Shown: positions 19,539 through 30,077, counted from the first letter of the stretch. The stretch is DNA of 64,000 nt from Nitrosopumilaceae archaeon (GCA_965200155.1 CBDATR010000024.1:416001-480000), one strand, 5' to 3'. The notes: generated from the letters alone by a model not told the origin. A program made the numbers and translations.

Positions 19539-20251
19539 TGGGTATACTGGATGTCATATCATTTCTTAGCATAATACCATACAAGAGAGGTCGCATAGAG
19601 GGAGCCGCGTCCAGCATGTATCTGTTCCCGGCAGCAGGATTGCTTGTGGGTGTTATAGCTGGCGTGGTAGGGTGGACCGTCTCCCTGTATACAGAACCGC
19701 TACTGGCAGGGATAGTAGTGGCGACCACCCTATGCATAATGACGGGCCTGCACCATATTGACGGCCTGGCAGACATGGCAGACGGGCTCATGAAAAACGG
19801 GAGCCACAAGGAGAGGATAGCTGCCATGCGGGACATGAGTACTGGTACCGCGGGAATAGTAGCGGTAGTCCTGTGTTTGGCATTTGTTGTTATAGCGGTA
19901 TCGCAGAGAACGGGCCAGGACATATTATACCTGGTCATACTATCAGAGGTGGGAGCTAAGTATGCCATGGTCGTGGCAGCATACGCGGGTAGGGCCGCGG
20001 CGCCAGGGACCGGCTCTTTATTCTGTGAAGCCGTGAATGACAGGCGGCTCCTGTTTTGCACCATTCTGTGGGCTGTGCCGCTCATACTAATGCCGGATAT
20101 CATTGTATTTGTGGCAGTGTCATTCATGACTGGGATCATTCTAGTTCTTGTGTCACGGTACAGGTTTGGCGGAGTCACAGGAGATGTATTGGGGGCGACA
20201 AACGAGATTGGTAGGGCCACCTGCATGGTTGTGGCCGTCTCAATTACATGA
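19538..20251 (+). CDS. cobS: Adenosylcobinamide-GDP ribazoletransferase (cobalamin synthase)
   Basis: 'TGLHHIDGLADMADG', 'GGVTGDVLGATNE'; ATG overlaps the cbiB stop. Confidence 0.92.
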   Translation: MGILDVISFLSIIPYKRGRIEGAASSMYLFPAAGLLVGVIAGVVGWTVSLYTEPLLAGIVVATTLCIMTGLHHIDGLADMADGLMKNGSHKERIAAMRDMSTGTAGIVAVVLCLAFVVIAVSQRTGQDILYLVILSEVGAKYAMVVAAYAGRAAAPGTGSLFCEAVNDRRLLFCTILWAVPLILMPDIIVFVAVSFMTGIILVLVSRYRFGGVTGDVLGATNEIGRATCMVVAVSIT

Positions 20252-20289
20252 CAGGCATAAAATATTCAGTGGTCACACCATTACACCAC

Positions 20290-20862
20290 ATGAACGCCTT
20301 GGTGATGGCCGGTGGTAGAGGGAGCCGGATGAGTATACCGTTCGAGAAACCGACCATACTGGGAATGATAAGACGTGTGATAGATGCATTACATGATTGT
20401 GACAGCATACAGGAGGTAGTGGTGGCCACCACAGAATATACCCCGCGCACAAAGGACATGATATCTGGACAAGCCAGAATCATAACGACACCTGGCATGG
20501 GCTATTCTGCGGATTTGGCAGTGGCCCTGAACTTGATGGAGGGACCCACCATGATATTGTCAGCTGATATGCCGCTCCTGGACCGGGACATTACAACTGG
20601 AATAGCATCATTGTATGATGATGAATACTGGGTCACCATTCTTGCACCGGTTACCGGACACGGCCACATTACCATAACACACGAGGGAGTCATATCAAGA
20701 TACACGGGCATATCCATGGTGAACGCGTCCGTGTATGAGGATGTACCTCCAGTATATCATGTCATGTACGATGTACGTGTCATGATGAATATCAATACTA
20801 TTCAGGATGTAGAACGGTTACTCAACGCTTCCCATAACTTGCCCAAAGACCTTTGTCTTTGA
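20290..20862 (+). CDS. cobY: Adenosylcobinamide-phosphate guanylyltransferase (NTP transferase)
   Basis: 'ALVMAGGRGSRM..EKP', 'ADMP', 'NINTIQD'; cluster context. Confidence 0.85.
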   Translation: MNALVMAGGRGSRMSIPFEKPTILGMIRRVIDALHDCDSIQEVVVATTEYTPRTKDMISGQARIITTPGMGYSADLAVALNLMEGPTMILSADMPLLDRDITTGIASLYDDEYWVTILAPVTGHGHITITHEGVISRYTGISMVNASVYEDVPPVYHVMYDVRVMMNINTIQDVERLLNASHNLPKDLCL

Positions 20863-21015
20863 GCCAGTGGGCTCAGTGAGCGGATTTCCGCAGGAGTTGC
20901 ATGTTATTCTCATGGTGGCATGAGAGTAGATAACCTGAACGGCCTCGCACTCCTTGCAGGATATCTTTTGGAACTTGCTGGAGGGTACCGGTATGGGAGT
21001 GTGTTCCTTTTTCAT
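20818..21015 (-). CDS. rps27e: 30S ribosomal protein S27e
   Basis: 'IPVPSSKFQKISCKEC...CNSCGNPLTEPTGSK'. Confidence 0.95.
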   Translation of the reverse strand: MKKEHTPIPVPSSKFQKISCKECEAVQVIYSHATMRITCNSCGNPLTEPTGSKTKVFGQVMGSVE

Positions 21016-21293
21016 ACTGCCACCAACTCGAACTTTTTAATGCGTATGCCATAGGTGTTTGCCTTTTTGTGACATGTAGAGCATGTGAGAAGTGGCGTGA
21101 CCTTCTTGGTTACCTTGGCCGGTTTTGCCAGTTTGGGGAATTTCTGTCCGCCATATCCCTTCTTTCTTTCAGCGTGACGTCTCTCGCCCCTGGCAGACCC
21201 ACGTCTCTTGCCCGCCTTGTATATGGATATCTTTTGTTGTGTGTGAGTCCGGCATTTGGGGCAATACCGGCGTATAGTCTTTGGGATATTCAT
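21012..21293 (-). CDS. rpl44e: 50S ribosomal protein L44e
   Basis: 'PKTIRRYCPKCRTHT', 'KKGYGGQKFP..AKVTKK'. Confidence 0.95.
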   Translation of the reverse strand: MNIPKTIRRYCPKCRTHTQQKISIYKAGKRRGSARGERRHAERKKGYGGQKFPKLAKPAKVTKKVTPLLTCSTCHKKANTYGIRIKKFELVAV

Positions 21294-21687
21294 GTACAAG
21301 GTGTAGTAAGCCAGACCAATTTAAGCCTAGGCGCTGAGTCTGTGTAACCATTTAGGTTGCTCCGAATTACTTGTATGACACAAAATCCGGTAAGCACAAG
21401 CCCGAACCGGTAGACGATAGCCCCGCCAACCCTAACGTATGCTGTGATTGCAAATGTCGCGTAGTGAGATAACAGGATTTAGTCCCTACCTTGGTGGCAT
21501 ATTAGGAAAAATACTCGGGCGATCTAAACAATTACTACATTTTGCGTTGATGTATAATCATAACACCTAGACTTTGCAAAGCCCTCAACCATCGGATAAA
21601 TCCTAGGCCCTTACGGCGGGGTCTTGCGACATCTATTACGTCATAATACTATAAAATTGCTAGTTTTATACAAGTTTGTTGCATAAC

Positions 21688-22164
21688 TTAATCTCCGGTA
21701 ACGTCATGGCTGGGGGAATCATCCACTACAGGACAACATCTCCCCATGGGTATGGGCTTGCCATGTGGGCTGGTTCGTGGGTGTTCAAGAAGCGTACACA
21801 ATGCATTAGTAAACTGCTCACTCATGTGATGCTCCACACCGCATACCATTTCCTGGTCTATGTCTATCTTGAGGGCATTTGCCATCAACACCTCCAGTAA
21901 CCGGCTATTCCGCACCATCTTGTTCCCTACCTTCTCGCCGTCAATCGTAAGACTGACACCTGCCTTTGAGTAGTTGACAAGTTTCCTCCGTTTTAGCTTC
22001 TTGAGCATCTGTACCACGCTGGGCTCCTGTACCCGCAGCTTCTTTGCGATACTGCTCACCCTGACATCGCCGCCTGCCTCGTTTATGTGCCATATAGCCT
22101 TGATGTACATCTCCACGTGCTCGGCCTCGGCAGTTCCCACAAAGAGCTCCTCGTCTCCGGCCAC
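21688..22164 (-). CDS. DtxR/MntR family metal-dependent repressor
   Basis: 'EMYIKAIW', 'PSVVQMLKKL', 'EHHMSE', 'PHGKPIP'. Confidence 0.9.
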   Translation of the reverse strand: MAGDEELFVGTAEAEHVEMYIKAIWHINEAGGDVRVSSIAKKLRVQEPSVVQMLKKLKRRKLVNYSKAGVSLTIDGEKVGNKMVRNSRLLEVLMANALKIDIDQEMVCGVEHHMSEQFTNALCTLLEHPRTSPHGKPIPMGRCCPVVDDSPSHDVTGD

Positions 22165-22165
22165 G

Positions 22166-22930
22166 TTATGGTTCCCTCGTGTCTTTTAATAAATATTCAA
22201 AGTACTCGCTGGCAAAGCCTGCAAGCTTTGCATGGTCTGCCCAGATTGCCATGAGTCCGGAGGCCTCGACCCCCACCACTTCCGGAGCCAACAACATTAA
22301 CACATACCGCTCATCGACTATGATACCTCCACCAAAGAGATTCTGCTTTATTCTAACGGTAGAGACCCGGGACAGTGATTTTACCAGCTCCGGATCCAAT
22401 CTATCAGAGGTCAGAACCGTAATGCTTATCCCCCTATCATGCAAGGCCCGCAGCCGGGGCAACGCCCCCCGAACCAGGTCATGACCGGCATCCGGTATGG
22501 ATATCATTACCTGCCGCTTGCAGGATTCGGCCATACTCCATATCTTCTTCATTATTGTGGCAGCGCCAGACAGTACCAGGGCATCCGGTTTCTCGCTGGC
22601 GCCGCTCTTCTCGTATAAAGGGCCCAAGTCAGACAATATAGTCCTCTTGTCCTGGACAAATTCCACATCCATCTGCTGCTTGATGGCATCAAGTCCGGTC
22701 TCCGGGGCCTTCGGGAAATACATGGCAGGCCTGGCGCTATCGGAGCTCACCCAGCCCTTTCGCTCCAGCGAGCCCAGTATATCATATATCTTGGAGTACG
22801 ATATGCCCACCCTGCTGCTCAAATCCTTGGCGGTGGCCTCCAGCTCCAGCAGTGCCACATATACCTGCATCTCTAGACTGGTCATGCCCAGCCTAGACAG
22901 AGCCTTGCGGGTTGCAAATGTCAGGCCCAT
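22166..22930 (-). CDS. TrmB family transcriptional regulator
   Basis: 'LGMTSLEMQVYVALL', 'SKIYDILGSLERKGWV...RPAMY'; start uncertain (ORF open to 22981). Confidence 0.88.
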   Translation of the reverse strand: MGLTFATRKALSRLGMTSLEMQVYVALLELEATAKDLSSRVGISYSKIYDILGSLERKGWVSSDSARPAMYFPKAPETGLDAIKQQMDVEFVQDKRTILSDLGPLYEKSGASEKPDALVLSGAATIMKKIWSMAESCKRQVMISIPDAGHDLVRGALPRLRALHDRGISITVLTSDRLDPELVKSLSRVSTVRIKQNLFGGGIIVDERYVLMLLAPEVVGVEASGLMAIWADHAKLAGFASEYFEYLLKDTREP

Positions 22931-23034
22931 ACCATAACTGGAATGATGGAAATATTTAACACCAATTTTCCCTACTTTCACCGTGTATATGTGTAAAAGG
23001 CGTTATATACTATAATTGAGTCCTTGGATCGTAA

Positions 23035-24699
23035 ATGTCATTAATACAGATATCCAACCAAAGCACAAAGAGTACGGCCAAGCGCACCACCATACGATTT
23101 ACCCAAAGCATATGTCCCGACTGCAACATGATACTGGACGCCCAGATATTTGAGCGAGAAGGACGCGTATACATGACCAAGACATGTCCCACTCATGGCG
23201 AGTGTGAGGAGCTGTACTTTGGATCTTATGAAATGTACAACAAGTTCTCCACGTACTGGATGGACGGCAAGGGTGCTCATGCACCAAACGTAATGATAGA
23301 AAAGTGCTCATGTCCGAATAACTGCGGGCTTTGCTCTAATCACCTATCACACAGCGGCCTTGCCAACATGATCGTCACCAACCGGTGCGACCTGACATGC
23401 TGGTACTGCTTCTTCTACGTCAAGAAGGGCCTGGAAGGAGCCTACATGTATGAGCCATCCAGGGATCAGGTACGGGCCATGATGAAGACACTGCGCGCGG
23501 AGCGTCCCATACCGGGCAACTCCATACAGATTACCGGCGGCGAACCCATGCTCCGGGAAGACATTACCGAGGTCATCAAGATAATGAAGGAAGAGGGCGT
23601 AGACCACATACAGATGAATACAAACGGCATACGGCACGCAATGGATCCCGAGGCTGCCAGAGATGTTCGCCTGGCTGGGTGCAACAACTTGTACCTCAGC
23701 TTTGACGGCGTCACGGCACGCACAAATCCCAAGAATCACTGGGAGATACCATACGCACTGGACAGCTGCCGCAAGACCGGTACTACCGTGGTATTCGTTC
23801 CAACGGTGATAAAATCCATAAACGACCACGAACTGGGCGGAATAATACGATACGCCCAAAAGAACATGGACGTGGTTCATGCAGTTAACTTCCAGCCAGT
23901 CTCGCTGACAGGCAGGATGGGCAAGCAGGAACGCGACAAGTACCGAATTACCATACCGGACTGCATACAACGTATAGAGGAGCAGACAAATGGCGAGGTT
24001 ACCATAGATGATTGGTTCCCCGTTCCCAGCTGCATGCCACTGACTAATGTCATAGAGGCATTCTCATCAAAGCCCAAGTATGAGCTTTCGATACACTTTG
24101 CCTGTGGTGCCGGTACCTACGTGTTCGAGGATGCAGAGACCAAAAAGTTCGTGCCCATTACAAAATTCTGCGACATACAGGGCATGCTAGAGCTATTCGA
24201 GGACAAGTCCGAAGAGATACGATCAGGCAAGAACAAGTACTTTACGATGCTCGAGGTAGTGCGAAAATTAAAAGGATTCGTCGATACCAAGAAGCAACCT
24301 GCGGGCCTAGATTTGGCCAAGATGTTCGGGAACATACTGATGAAGCGTTCCTTTGACGCGGTGGGTTCCTGGCACGTAAAGGGACTATTCCTTGGAATGA
24401 TGCACTTTCAGGACAAGTATAACGAGGACTTGGAGAGATTACAACGTTGCGACATACACTATCTTACGCCGGACCTTAGAATCATACCCTTCTGTGCCTT
24501 TAACGTGATACCGGAATGGTACCGTGACAGGATACAAAAGAAATACTCCATAACCGTCGAGGAATGGGAAGAAAGAGAGGGAGTGAAACTAGAGGACGGT
24601 CTGTACAGAGGACTCATGAGACGTGGAGCAGGCGATGAGCTCGCAGCTGGCTGTGCCAAGAGCGAGATGTTCCATCAGGCATCACAGTCTCTAATGTGA
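23035..24699 (+). CDS. tes: Tetraether lipid synthase Tes / GDGT-MAS (radical SAM, MJ0619 family)
   Basis: N-terminal 'SICPDC...KTCPTHG' metal site, 'CPNNCGLCSNH', radical-SAM 'TNRCDLTCWYCF', C-terminal 'MHFQD.YN.DLERLQRCDIHY..PD.RIIPFCAFN'. Confidence 0.85.
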   Translation: MSLIQISNQSTKSTAKRTTIRFTQSICPDCNMILDAQIFEREGRVYMTKTCPTHGECEELYFGSYEMYNKFSTYWMDGKGAHAPNVMIEKCSCPNNCGLCSNHLSHSGLANMIVTNRCDLTCWYCFFYVKKGLEGAYMYEPSRDQVRAMMKTLRAERPIPGNSIQITGGEPMLREDITEVIKIMKEEGVDHIQMNTNGIRHAMDPEAARDVRLAGCNNLYLSFDGVTARTNPKNHWEIPYALDSCRKTGTTVVFVPTVIKSINDHELGGIIRYAQKNMDVVHAVNFQPVSLTGRMGKQERDKYRITIPDCIQRIEEQTNGEVTIDDWFPVPSCMPLTNVIEAFSSKPKYELSIHFACGAGTYVFEDAETKKFVPITKFCDIQGMLELFEDKSEEIRSGKNKYFTMLEVVRKLKGFVDTKKQPAGLDLAKMFGNILMKRSFDAVGSWHVKGLFLGMMHFQDKYNEDLERLQRCDIHYLTPDLRIIPFCAFNVIPEWYRDRIQKKYSITVEEWEEREGVKLEDGLYRGLMRRGAGDELAAGCAKSEMFHQASQSLM

Positions 24700-24791
24700 T
24701 AATTTTTGAATTCTATTTTGTTAAAGAGCGGGAGTATATGCCGCATGCATATAGTGACATTTATGGAACCCATCAATCCTGTATAGTCACC

Positions 24792-25685
24792 TTGCAGTGT
24801 GACAAGTGTCCGGAACTGGCCGTATATACAAGGAAGTACTCCGGCCAGAGCCTCTGCTCGGAGTGTTTCTCAAAGTCAATACGACATAAGACTGCCAGAA
24901 CCATATCAAAATATGACATGATACGGCGGGGTGATAAAGTGGCTGTTGCCGTATCGGGAGGCAAGGACTCGTTGTCATTATTGCATATACTGAGCATGTT
25001 ATCGCAGGACAGGGGATTTCAGATATACGCGGTTACAATAGATGAGGGAATTCCGGGATACCGGGACGAGGCGTTGCACATAGTGGAGAAGTACTGTGGC
25101 AAGATGGACATACCGTATACTGTAACCAGTTATGAAAACATGTACGGAACGACACTGGAGCAGGCACTGGATTCCCGTACTACAAAAGTGACATCATGCT
25201 CGCTGTGCGGCGTGCTCCGGCGACGCGCCATAGACAGCGCTGCAATGGGCGCAGATGTAATAGCCACGGCACACAATATGGATGACTATCTCCAGACATT
25301 CATGATAAACATTCTATCCGGTGACGTGTCCAAGGTGTACTGGACGAATCCCAGGGCAGGGAATAATCCAGCCCGCATAAAGCCATTCTGCGAGATATAC
25401 GAGTCAGAGATTGTGTTCTATGCATTTGTGAATGGCATACCCTTCCAGACGGAGCCCTGCCCCCACATGAACGAGGGCATTCGGACACCAATACGGGAGT
25501 TTCTGAATCAGTTAGAGGAGAATCACAGTGGAATGAAGAACAACATGTATGCGTCTATTCAAAAGATAGTATCCGGCCATGAGAATGTAAAGTCAAGAGG
25601 TACGTGCAAGATATGCGGACATATGGCGACTGGTGAAATATGCTCTGTATGTACCATGCTGAATGAGCAGAAAATGCACATATAA
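24792..25685 (+). CDS. tRNA 2-thiolation protein (TtuA/Ncs6 family, PP-loop)
   Basis: Zn-finger 'CDKC...LCSECF', 'AVSGGKDS', 'CSLCGVLRR', 'TAHNMDD', C-terminal CxxC..CxxC; probable TTG start at 24792. Confidence 0.87.
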   Translation: MQCDKCPELAVYTRKYSGQSLCSECFSKSIRHKTARTISKYDMIRRGDKVAVAVSGGKDSLSLLHILSMLSQDRGFQIYAVTIDEGIPGYRDEALHIVEKYCGKMDIPYTVTSYENMYGTTLEQALDSRTTKVTSCSLCGVLRRRAIDSAAMGADVIATAHNMDDYLQTFMINILSGDVSKVYWTNPRAGNNPARIKPFCEIYESEIVFYAFVNGIPFQTEPCPHMNEGIRTPIREFLNQLEENHSGMKNNMYASIQKIVSGHENVKSRGTCKICGHMATGEICSVCTMLNEQKMHI

Positions 25686-25707
25686 CGCATCAGGACCATA
25701 TCATAGT

Positions 25708-26024
25708 GGTAGTAGGTAGGATCGGGGTGCTAGCCGTGCCCTGTTCCGAAACCGGCTCTACGCGGAGATCAGCAACCGCTGGGTAAATCTCTGGAGGGAC
25801 GGTTCCCGCTTGGCTTGAGGGGATGAGATCACGCCGGAGCAGGTGGGTGCAGAACCGGGAACGCCCGAAGGGGCACTTCCCAGGTTCGAGCCGTTGAAAT
25901 GGATCCAGGCCCGGGAGGGAGCAGTCCTAAGATGGGACATTCACGCTTCTCCGTCAACGTGGTGGAGCTCGCAAGCCACGAGATGGGGCCGTCTGTCCAG
26001 TGAGGAGCCAGCGGGTCTACTACC
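25708..26024 (+). ncRNA. ffs: Archaeal signal recognition particle (7S/SRP) RNA
   Basis: GC-rich 317-nt island; complementary ends GGTAGTAG / CTACTACC; helix-8 signature CCAGGCCCGGGAGGGAGCAG at about 25905-25925. Confidence 0.9.
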
Positions 26025-26030
26025 AAATTT

Positions 26031-26309
26031 CTAGTACCTAACATCAAAGGAGTCGAACTTCTCAGCAGTATCCTCGGTACTTATAATGACATCATCCACT
26101 ACGGCGTTGGCCGGTCCGCTGTGACACCACTCTATCATGAGTCCCAGTTTTTCATCCTCGCCTGACATTACCGCCTCAACCCTGCCGTCCTTTAGGTTAC
26201 GGACCCAGCCGGTGACCGAGTTCTGGGTGGCCTTGGTCTTCATGGCCTGCCGGAAAAAGACGCCCTGAACGCGGCCGGATACGAATACGTGCACACACTG
26301 TCTAGCCAT
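26031..26309 (-). CDS. acyP: Acylphosphatase
   Basis: 'VSGRVQGVFFR', 'GWVRNLKDGRVEAV'. Confidence 0.93.
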   Translation of the reverse strand: MARQCVHVFVSGRVQGVFFRQAMKTKATQNSVTGWVRNLKDGRVEAVMSGEDEKLGLMIEWCHSGPANAVVDDVIISTEDTAEKFDSFDVRY

Positions 26310-26353
26310 GATAACATTGTAACACTTCCCCTATTTTTGTCAAAGGGGTCAGT

Positions 26354-27082
26354 CTAGCGCTTCTTTAGTCGTGCCCTGCCGGTCTTGCGCGCAGCTATGC
26401 TACCGACCTTGGCTCCGGGAGGCGCATCTCTAGCCACTGTAGAGCTCTGTCCCACATGCTGGTGTCTGCCGCCGCCATGAGGGTGCACGTATGCCGCCTG
26501 TGCAACACCGCGTACAAGCGGGTATTTGCGGCCCTTTGAGCGAAAGCTGCGCCATTTTCCACCGGCACTCATGAACGGACGCTCGCCAACGCCGCCACCG
26601 GCCAGCGTACCTATCATGGCGCGATTCTTGGGGTTCAGTACTACCAAACTGCCGGAGGGTAGCTTTAGGGTGACACCGCTATCACCGTGGGAGAATATGG
26701 TTGCACTGCCTCCGGCTGACTTTACTATAGTGCCGCCGTCGCCATAATGCTTCTCTATGTTACATACGATGGTACCGTCCGGTATGTTCTGAACGCTAAT
26801 CACGTTACCCTTTGTTATGCCGGACTTTAACCCGAATTGCATGGTCGCGCCTATCTCCAGTCCCAGAACGGCGGGAATAAGGGATGTGACTCCATTCTCA
26901 AAGCGCACCTTTGCCAGAGGGGTATTGCGTCCGCGCTCATGGACGATATCGGTGACCGTCCCTTCATGGGACTCGGCCAGGGCAAAATTGGGATAGCCGG
27001 CGCGGCCAAGCTTGCCTGTTACGGTGGCGCGGAACTGGTGACCGCCGCGTCCTCTTCTGCGTACAAGTGGCCTCTTTCCCAT
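26354..27082 (-). CDS. rpl2: 50S ribosomal protein L2
   Basis: 'GKRPLVRRRGRG', 'VRGVAQAAYVHPHGGG', 'PPGAKVGSIAARKTGR'. Confidence 0.96.
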   Translation of the reverse strand: MGKRPLVRRRGRGGHQFRATVTGKLGRAGYPNFALAESHEGTVTDIVHERGRNTPLAKVRFENGVTSLIPAVLGLEIGATMQFGLKSGITKGNVISVQNIPDGTIVCNIEKHYGDGGTIVKSAGGSATIFSHGDSGVTLKLPSGSLVVLNPKNRAMIGTLAGGGVGERPFMSAGGKWRSFRSKGRKYPLVRGVAQAAYVHPHGGGRHQHVGQSSTVARDAPPGAKVGSIAARKTGRARLKKR

Positions 27083-27364
27083 GGGAATCATAGAACCCGG
27101 TATGAATTTTAATGTTTACGAATGGCAATGGAACGGGTATATGAAATCATGCATGCGCCTGCGTGATTTGTAATGTATGAAAAGTCGGTCCGCTAGTCAT
27201 TGGTATCTCACTCCATCCATTTTGCATCATTTGCCCTAATTGTCTGGGTCGCCTTTTTATTCCTGGAGTGGTGTTTCGCCGTTATCTATCCAGTGAGAAG
27301 CGCAATCTTCTCTCATTGTAGTAGTCTACATAATCCCGGAGACTGTCATAATGCCATATCTCGT

Positions 27365-27386
27365 TGGACTCTTAAATAAGAGTCCC
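27365..27386. repeat. 22-bp hairpin micro-insertion TGGACTCTTAAATAAGAGTCCC with perfect 5-bp TSD CTCGT
   Basis: Absent from the homologous position in IS copy B (..GAGGACGAGATATGG..). Confidence 0.85.
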
Positions 27387-27636
27387 CTCGTCCTTAATCA
27401 TTCCATGGAAGCGCTCCAGTTTGCCATTTGTCTGTGGATAATATGGCCTGGAATTGATTAGTATGATATCTTGATCCAGCAGTTCTTCCTCGAATAGTGT
27501 TGGTTTCCAGTTCTTTGTGACTATTCTGTCCTACGAAACACGCGCCGTTATCAGATAGTATGGATGCCGGGGCGCCGAATCGTTCTATAGCCAATCTCAG
27601 TAATATAGTGGCGTTCTCTGAGGTTGCATGCTCAAA

Positions 27637-27737
27637 GTATGAGTTCACGTCTTCCGGAATCTTATGCACAAATCACATTAACTAGAACAACCTGTTCCAT
27701 CAGTTATACGTAAATTTAGACACAGGTGAACTCATAC
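27637..27737. mobile_element. MITE (101-bp variant) inside IS481-like copy A
   Basis: 12-bp TIR GTATGAGTTCAC; 8-bp TSD TGCTCAAA. Confidence 0.93.
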
Positions 27738-28338
27738 TGCTCAAATAGTGCCGCTTCGACGATGCGCCTGGATGCATCATCTATGAGATTCAGTCCCTTG
27801 AAGCGCTCATCTTTCATTACATGCCAGTGCCACATTGCATTGGAATATTTACGCTCATAGCGTACCCACTCTGACTTTGCAGGTGATGATCCTGCCGTAC
27901 CGTTCTTTTTCATTATGCGATATACTGTAATTCTGTCTAAGCCTCTTTGCAATACGTACTACTCCGGCGGGATCCCTGCTGTATGCTTTAGTTACCATTC
28001 GTATCTGGGTGGCGGTGATTGGTATCATGACCTGCCCATCTTTACTCGAGTCGTTCCCGTTCTCTGGTTCACAATCTTCGTACGTGTCTTGTTTCAGGTC
28101 TTGAGCTATTTTGGTTGTGGCAACGCCTCTTTTGTCTTGATTTCTCTGTTATTCTCTTTACCATCTGGCTTGTGCAATCTGAACTACTGTACGCCGGATC
28201 CTAAGCGGACTTACTTTTCGTACTATTGAATGCGCCTGTGTGATTGACACATGCCAATGAACTAGCTCACACCTTAATCTTGTGCTCAAATAATACTAAT
28301 TGCCTCTATTCGCCGTACGTGAATGTAGACATACATAA

Positions 28339-29130
28339 CTAGAATGGCCTATTCACGTCTCGCGTAAATACCCAGCCAGATACAACAACTACAATACACA
28401 CAAACATTACCAGAACCCCTATGCTCAGACCCACCGGTATCCCCGAGGACAGGCCGGTCATCATCTCCCGGACCAGTAATATGGCATAGGTGGCGGGATT
28501 AAACTGCGCCAGGGTGGACAGCCAAGGTGGCATGAGCTCCAGCGGGAATAGGGCAGGACTAACCATGAATAGTGGCATGCCCATGAAATTTATCACTCCC
28601 CAGAAGGTCTCCTGCGACTTTGCAGTTGCGGCCACCATTACAGATATTCCCGAAAAGCCTAGGGAGAACATTACTACAACGGCCATGATAGGCAGTATCA
28701 TGGCATAGTTCTGGAACTGCACGCCGATGGCAAGGGCTATTCCTATTATCAGGCTGGCCTGCAAGGCAGAAACCAGTGATATGGCAAGCATCTTTCCTAG
28801 TGCCAACGATGAGCGATGCAGTGGTGAGGTCAGTGCCTTGTTCATGAATCCGTGCCGCCGATCCCATAACGTATTGACACCACCAAATATGCTGGTAAAT
28901 ATGGCCGTCAATATTATTACGCCCGGAGCCATGAACTCGATATACTCCCCCTCAAAGCCTACCTCCTGTATGAGGGGGCTGGTCCCGGCAAAGGTATTCC
29001 CGATTACAACAATCCAGACCGCGGGCTGGACTAGTCGTATCAGGACACCGCTACGGGACTTGCGGTACCGCTTTACCTCCCGCCAGAATATGGAATATAC
29101 ATCAGATATTGCATGATACAAGGGCATCAC
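28339..29130 (-). CDS. ABC-2 type exporter permease
   Basis: 'EFMAPGVII', 'DRRHGFMNKALTSPL', 'FPLELMPPWL...NPATY'. Confidence 0.9.
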   Translation of the reverse strand: MMPLYHAISDVYSIFWREVKRYRKSRSGVLIRLVQPAVWIVVIGNTFAGTSPLIQEVGFEGEYIEFMAPGVIILTAIFTSIFGGVNTLWDRRHGFMNKALTSPLHRSSLALGKMLAISLVSALQASLIIGIALAIGVQFQNYAMILPIMAVVVMFSLGFSGISVMVAATAKSQETFWGVINFMGMPLFMVSPALFPLELMPPWLSTLAQFNPATYAILLVREMMTGLSSGIPVGLSIGVLVMFVCIVVVVSGWVFTRDVNRPF

Positions 29131-30077
29131 TCCCCCCTACCGCCCTCGCGTATCTGGTAGCCCGTATATGACATGAAAACATCATCCATGGTGGGTTTGC
29201 TGACAGATATGGAACGAATTACCATGCCGGAAGCGGCAGCTGCCTTGAACATGTCAGGCACTATAGCCGCACCATTATGCGCATGAACCGTAATGACACC
29301 ATCATGAGATGATACGGACTTTATCCCATCAAGAGTCGTAATGGAGTCCGCCAGGCCAGAAGCGCGTTCACCCACATCTATAACAATACTCTCATCTCCC
29401 AAGGCTTTCTTCATGGCGGCAGGCTCGCCGACGGCATGAATCTTTCCCTCGTCCAGTATTCCTATGCGATCACACAGCATGTCCGCCTCCTCCATGTAGT
29501 GGGTGGACACAAAGACGGTACTGTGATAGTCATCCCGTATGCTCTTAATGTGCTCCCAGATGCGCCGCCTGGTCTGTATATCCAGGCCCACCGTCGGCTC
29601 GTCCAGGAACAGGACACGGGGCCTGTGCAGTAAACCGCAGGCTATATCCAGGCGCTTTTTCATTCCTCCCGAGTAGGTGACCGCGGCATCATGCTGCCTG
29701 TCTGCCAATCCCGTTGACTCCAGTAAGTCGTCTATGCGACGGGTAGCCGTATCCTTGTCCACACGGCTCAGCCTTGCCTGCAGATACAGGTTCTCCCGGC
29801 CCGTCATGTACTCGTCTATGGCGCTCTCCTGCTGTACGAACCCAATATTGCGGCGAACCTCCGCTGGTTTCTCGGTCACCTCGTAACCGGCCACAGAGGC
29901 AGTGCCGGATGTGGGCTTTAGAAGAGTGGTCAGTATCATCATGGTAGTACTCTTACCGGCGCCATTGGAGCCCAGAAATCCGAATATCTCTGCATCCCGC
30001 ACCTCAAATGTGGTATTCACAAGTGACGGTATCTCCCCAAAGGACTTGCACAGGGAACGGGCCTCTATGGCATTCAT
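29127..30077 (-). CDS. ABC exporter ATP-binding protein (DrrA-like)
   Basis: Walker A 'GSNGAGKST', 'YSGGMKKRL', 'LFLDEPTVGLD'; likely start 30077 because the longer ORF overlaps the tRNA. Confidence 0.92.
   Translation of the reverse strand: MNAIEARSLCKSFGEIPSLVNTTFEVRDAEIFGFLGSNGAGKSTTMMILTTLLKPTSGTASVAGYEVTEKPAEVRRNIGFVQQESAIDEYMTGRENLYLQARLSRVDKDTATRRIDDLLESTGLADRQHDAAVTYSGGMKKRLDIACGLLHRPRVLFLDEPTVGLDIQTRRRIWEHIKSIRDDYHSTVFVSTHYMEEADMLCDRIGILDEGKIHAVGEPAAMKKALGDESIVIDVGERASGLADSITTLDGIKSVSSHDGVITVHAHNGAAIVPDMFKAAAASGMVIRSISVSKPTMDDVFMSYTGYQIREGGRGE

Larger units (their letters stand above)
27169..28229 (-). mobile_element. IS481-like insertion sequence, degenerate copy A
   Basis: Integrase-core fragments (DDASR, 'ILSDNGACF', QTNGKLERF). 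Imperfect TIRs TGTAATGTATGAAAAGT / TCAATAGTACGAAAAGT. 16-bp TSD ATGCGCCTGYGTGATT (27153-27168, 28230-28245). Homologous to 55864-57337. Confidence 0.88.

Noticed and set aside
21300-21680. ~380-bp intergenic stretch with a GC-rich patch as a possible ncRNA
   Set aside because: No recognisable RNA family motif, convincing fold or ORF.
25758-26047. ORFs 25758-25940, 25829-26047 and 25843-26034
   Set aside because: They overlap the SRP RNA; GC-rich artefacts.
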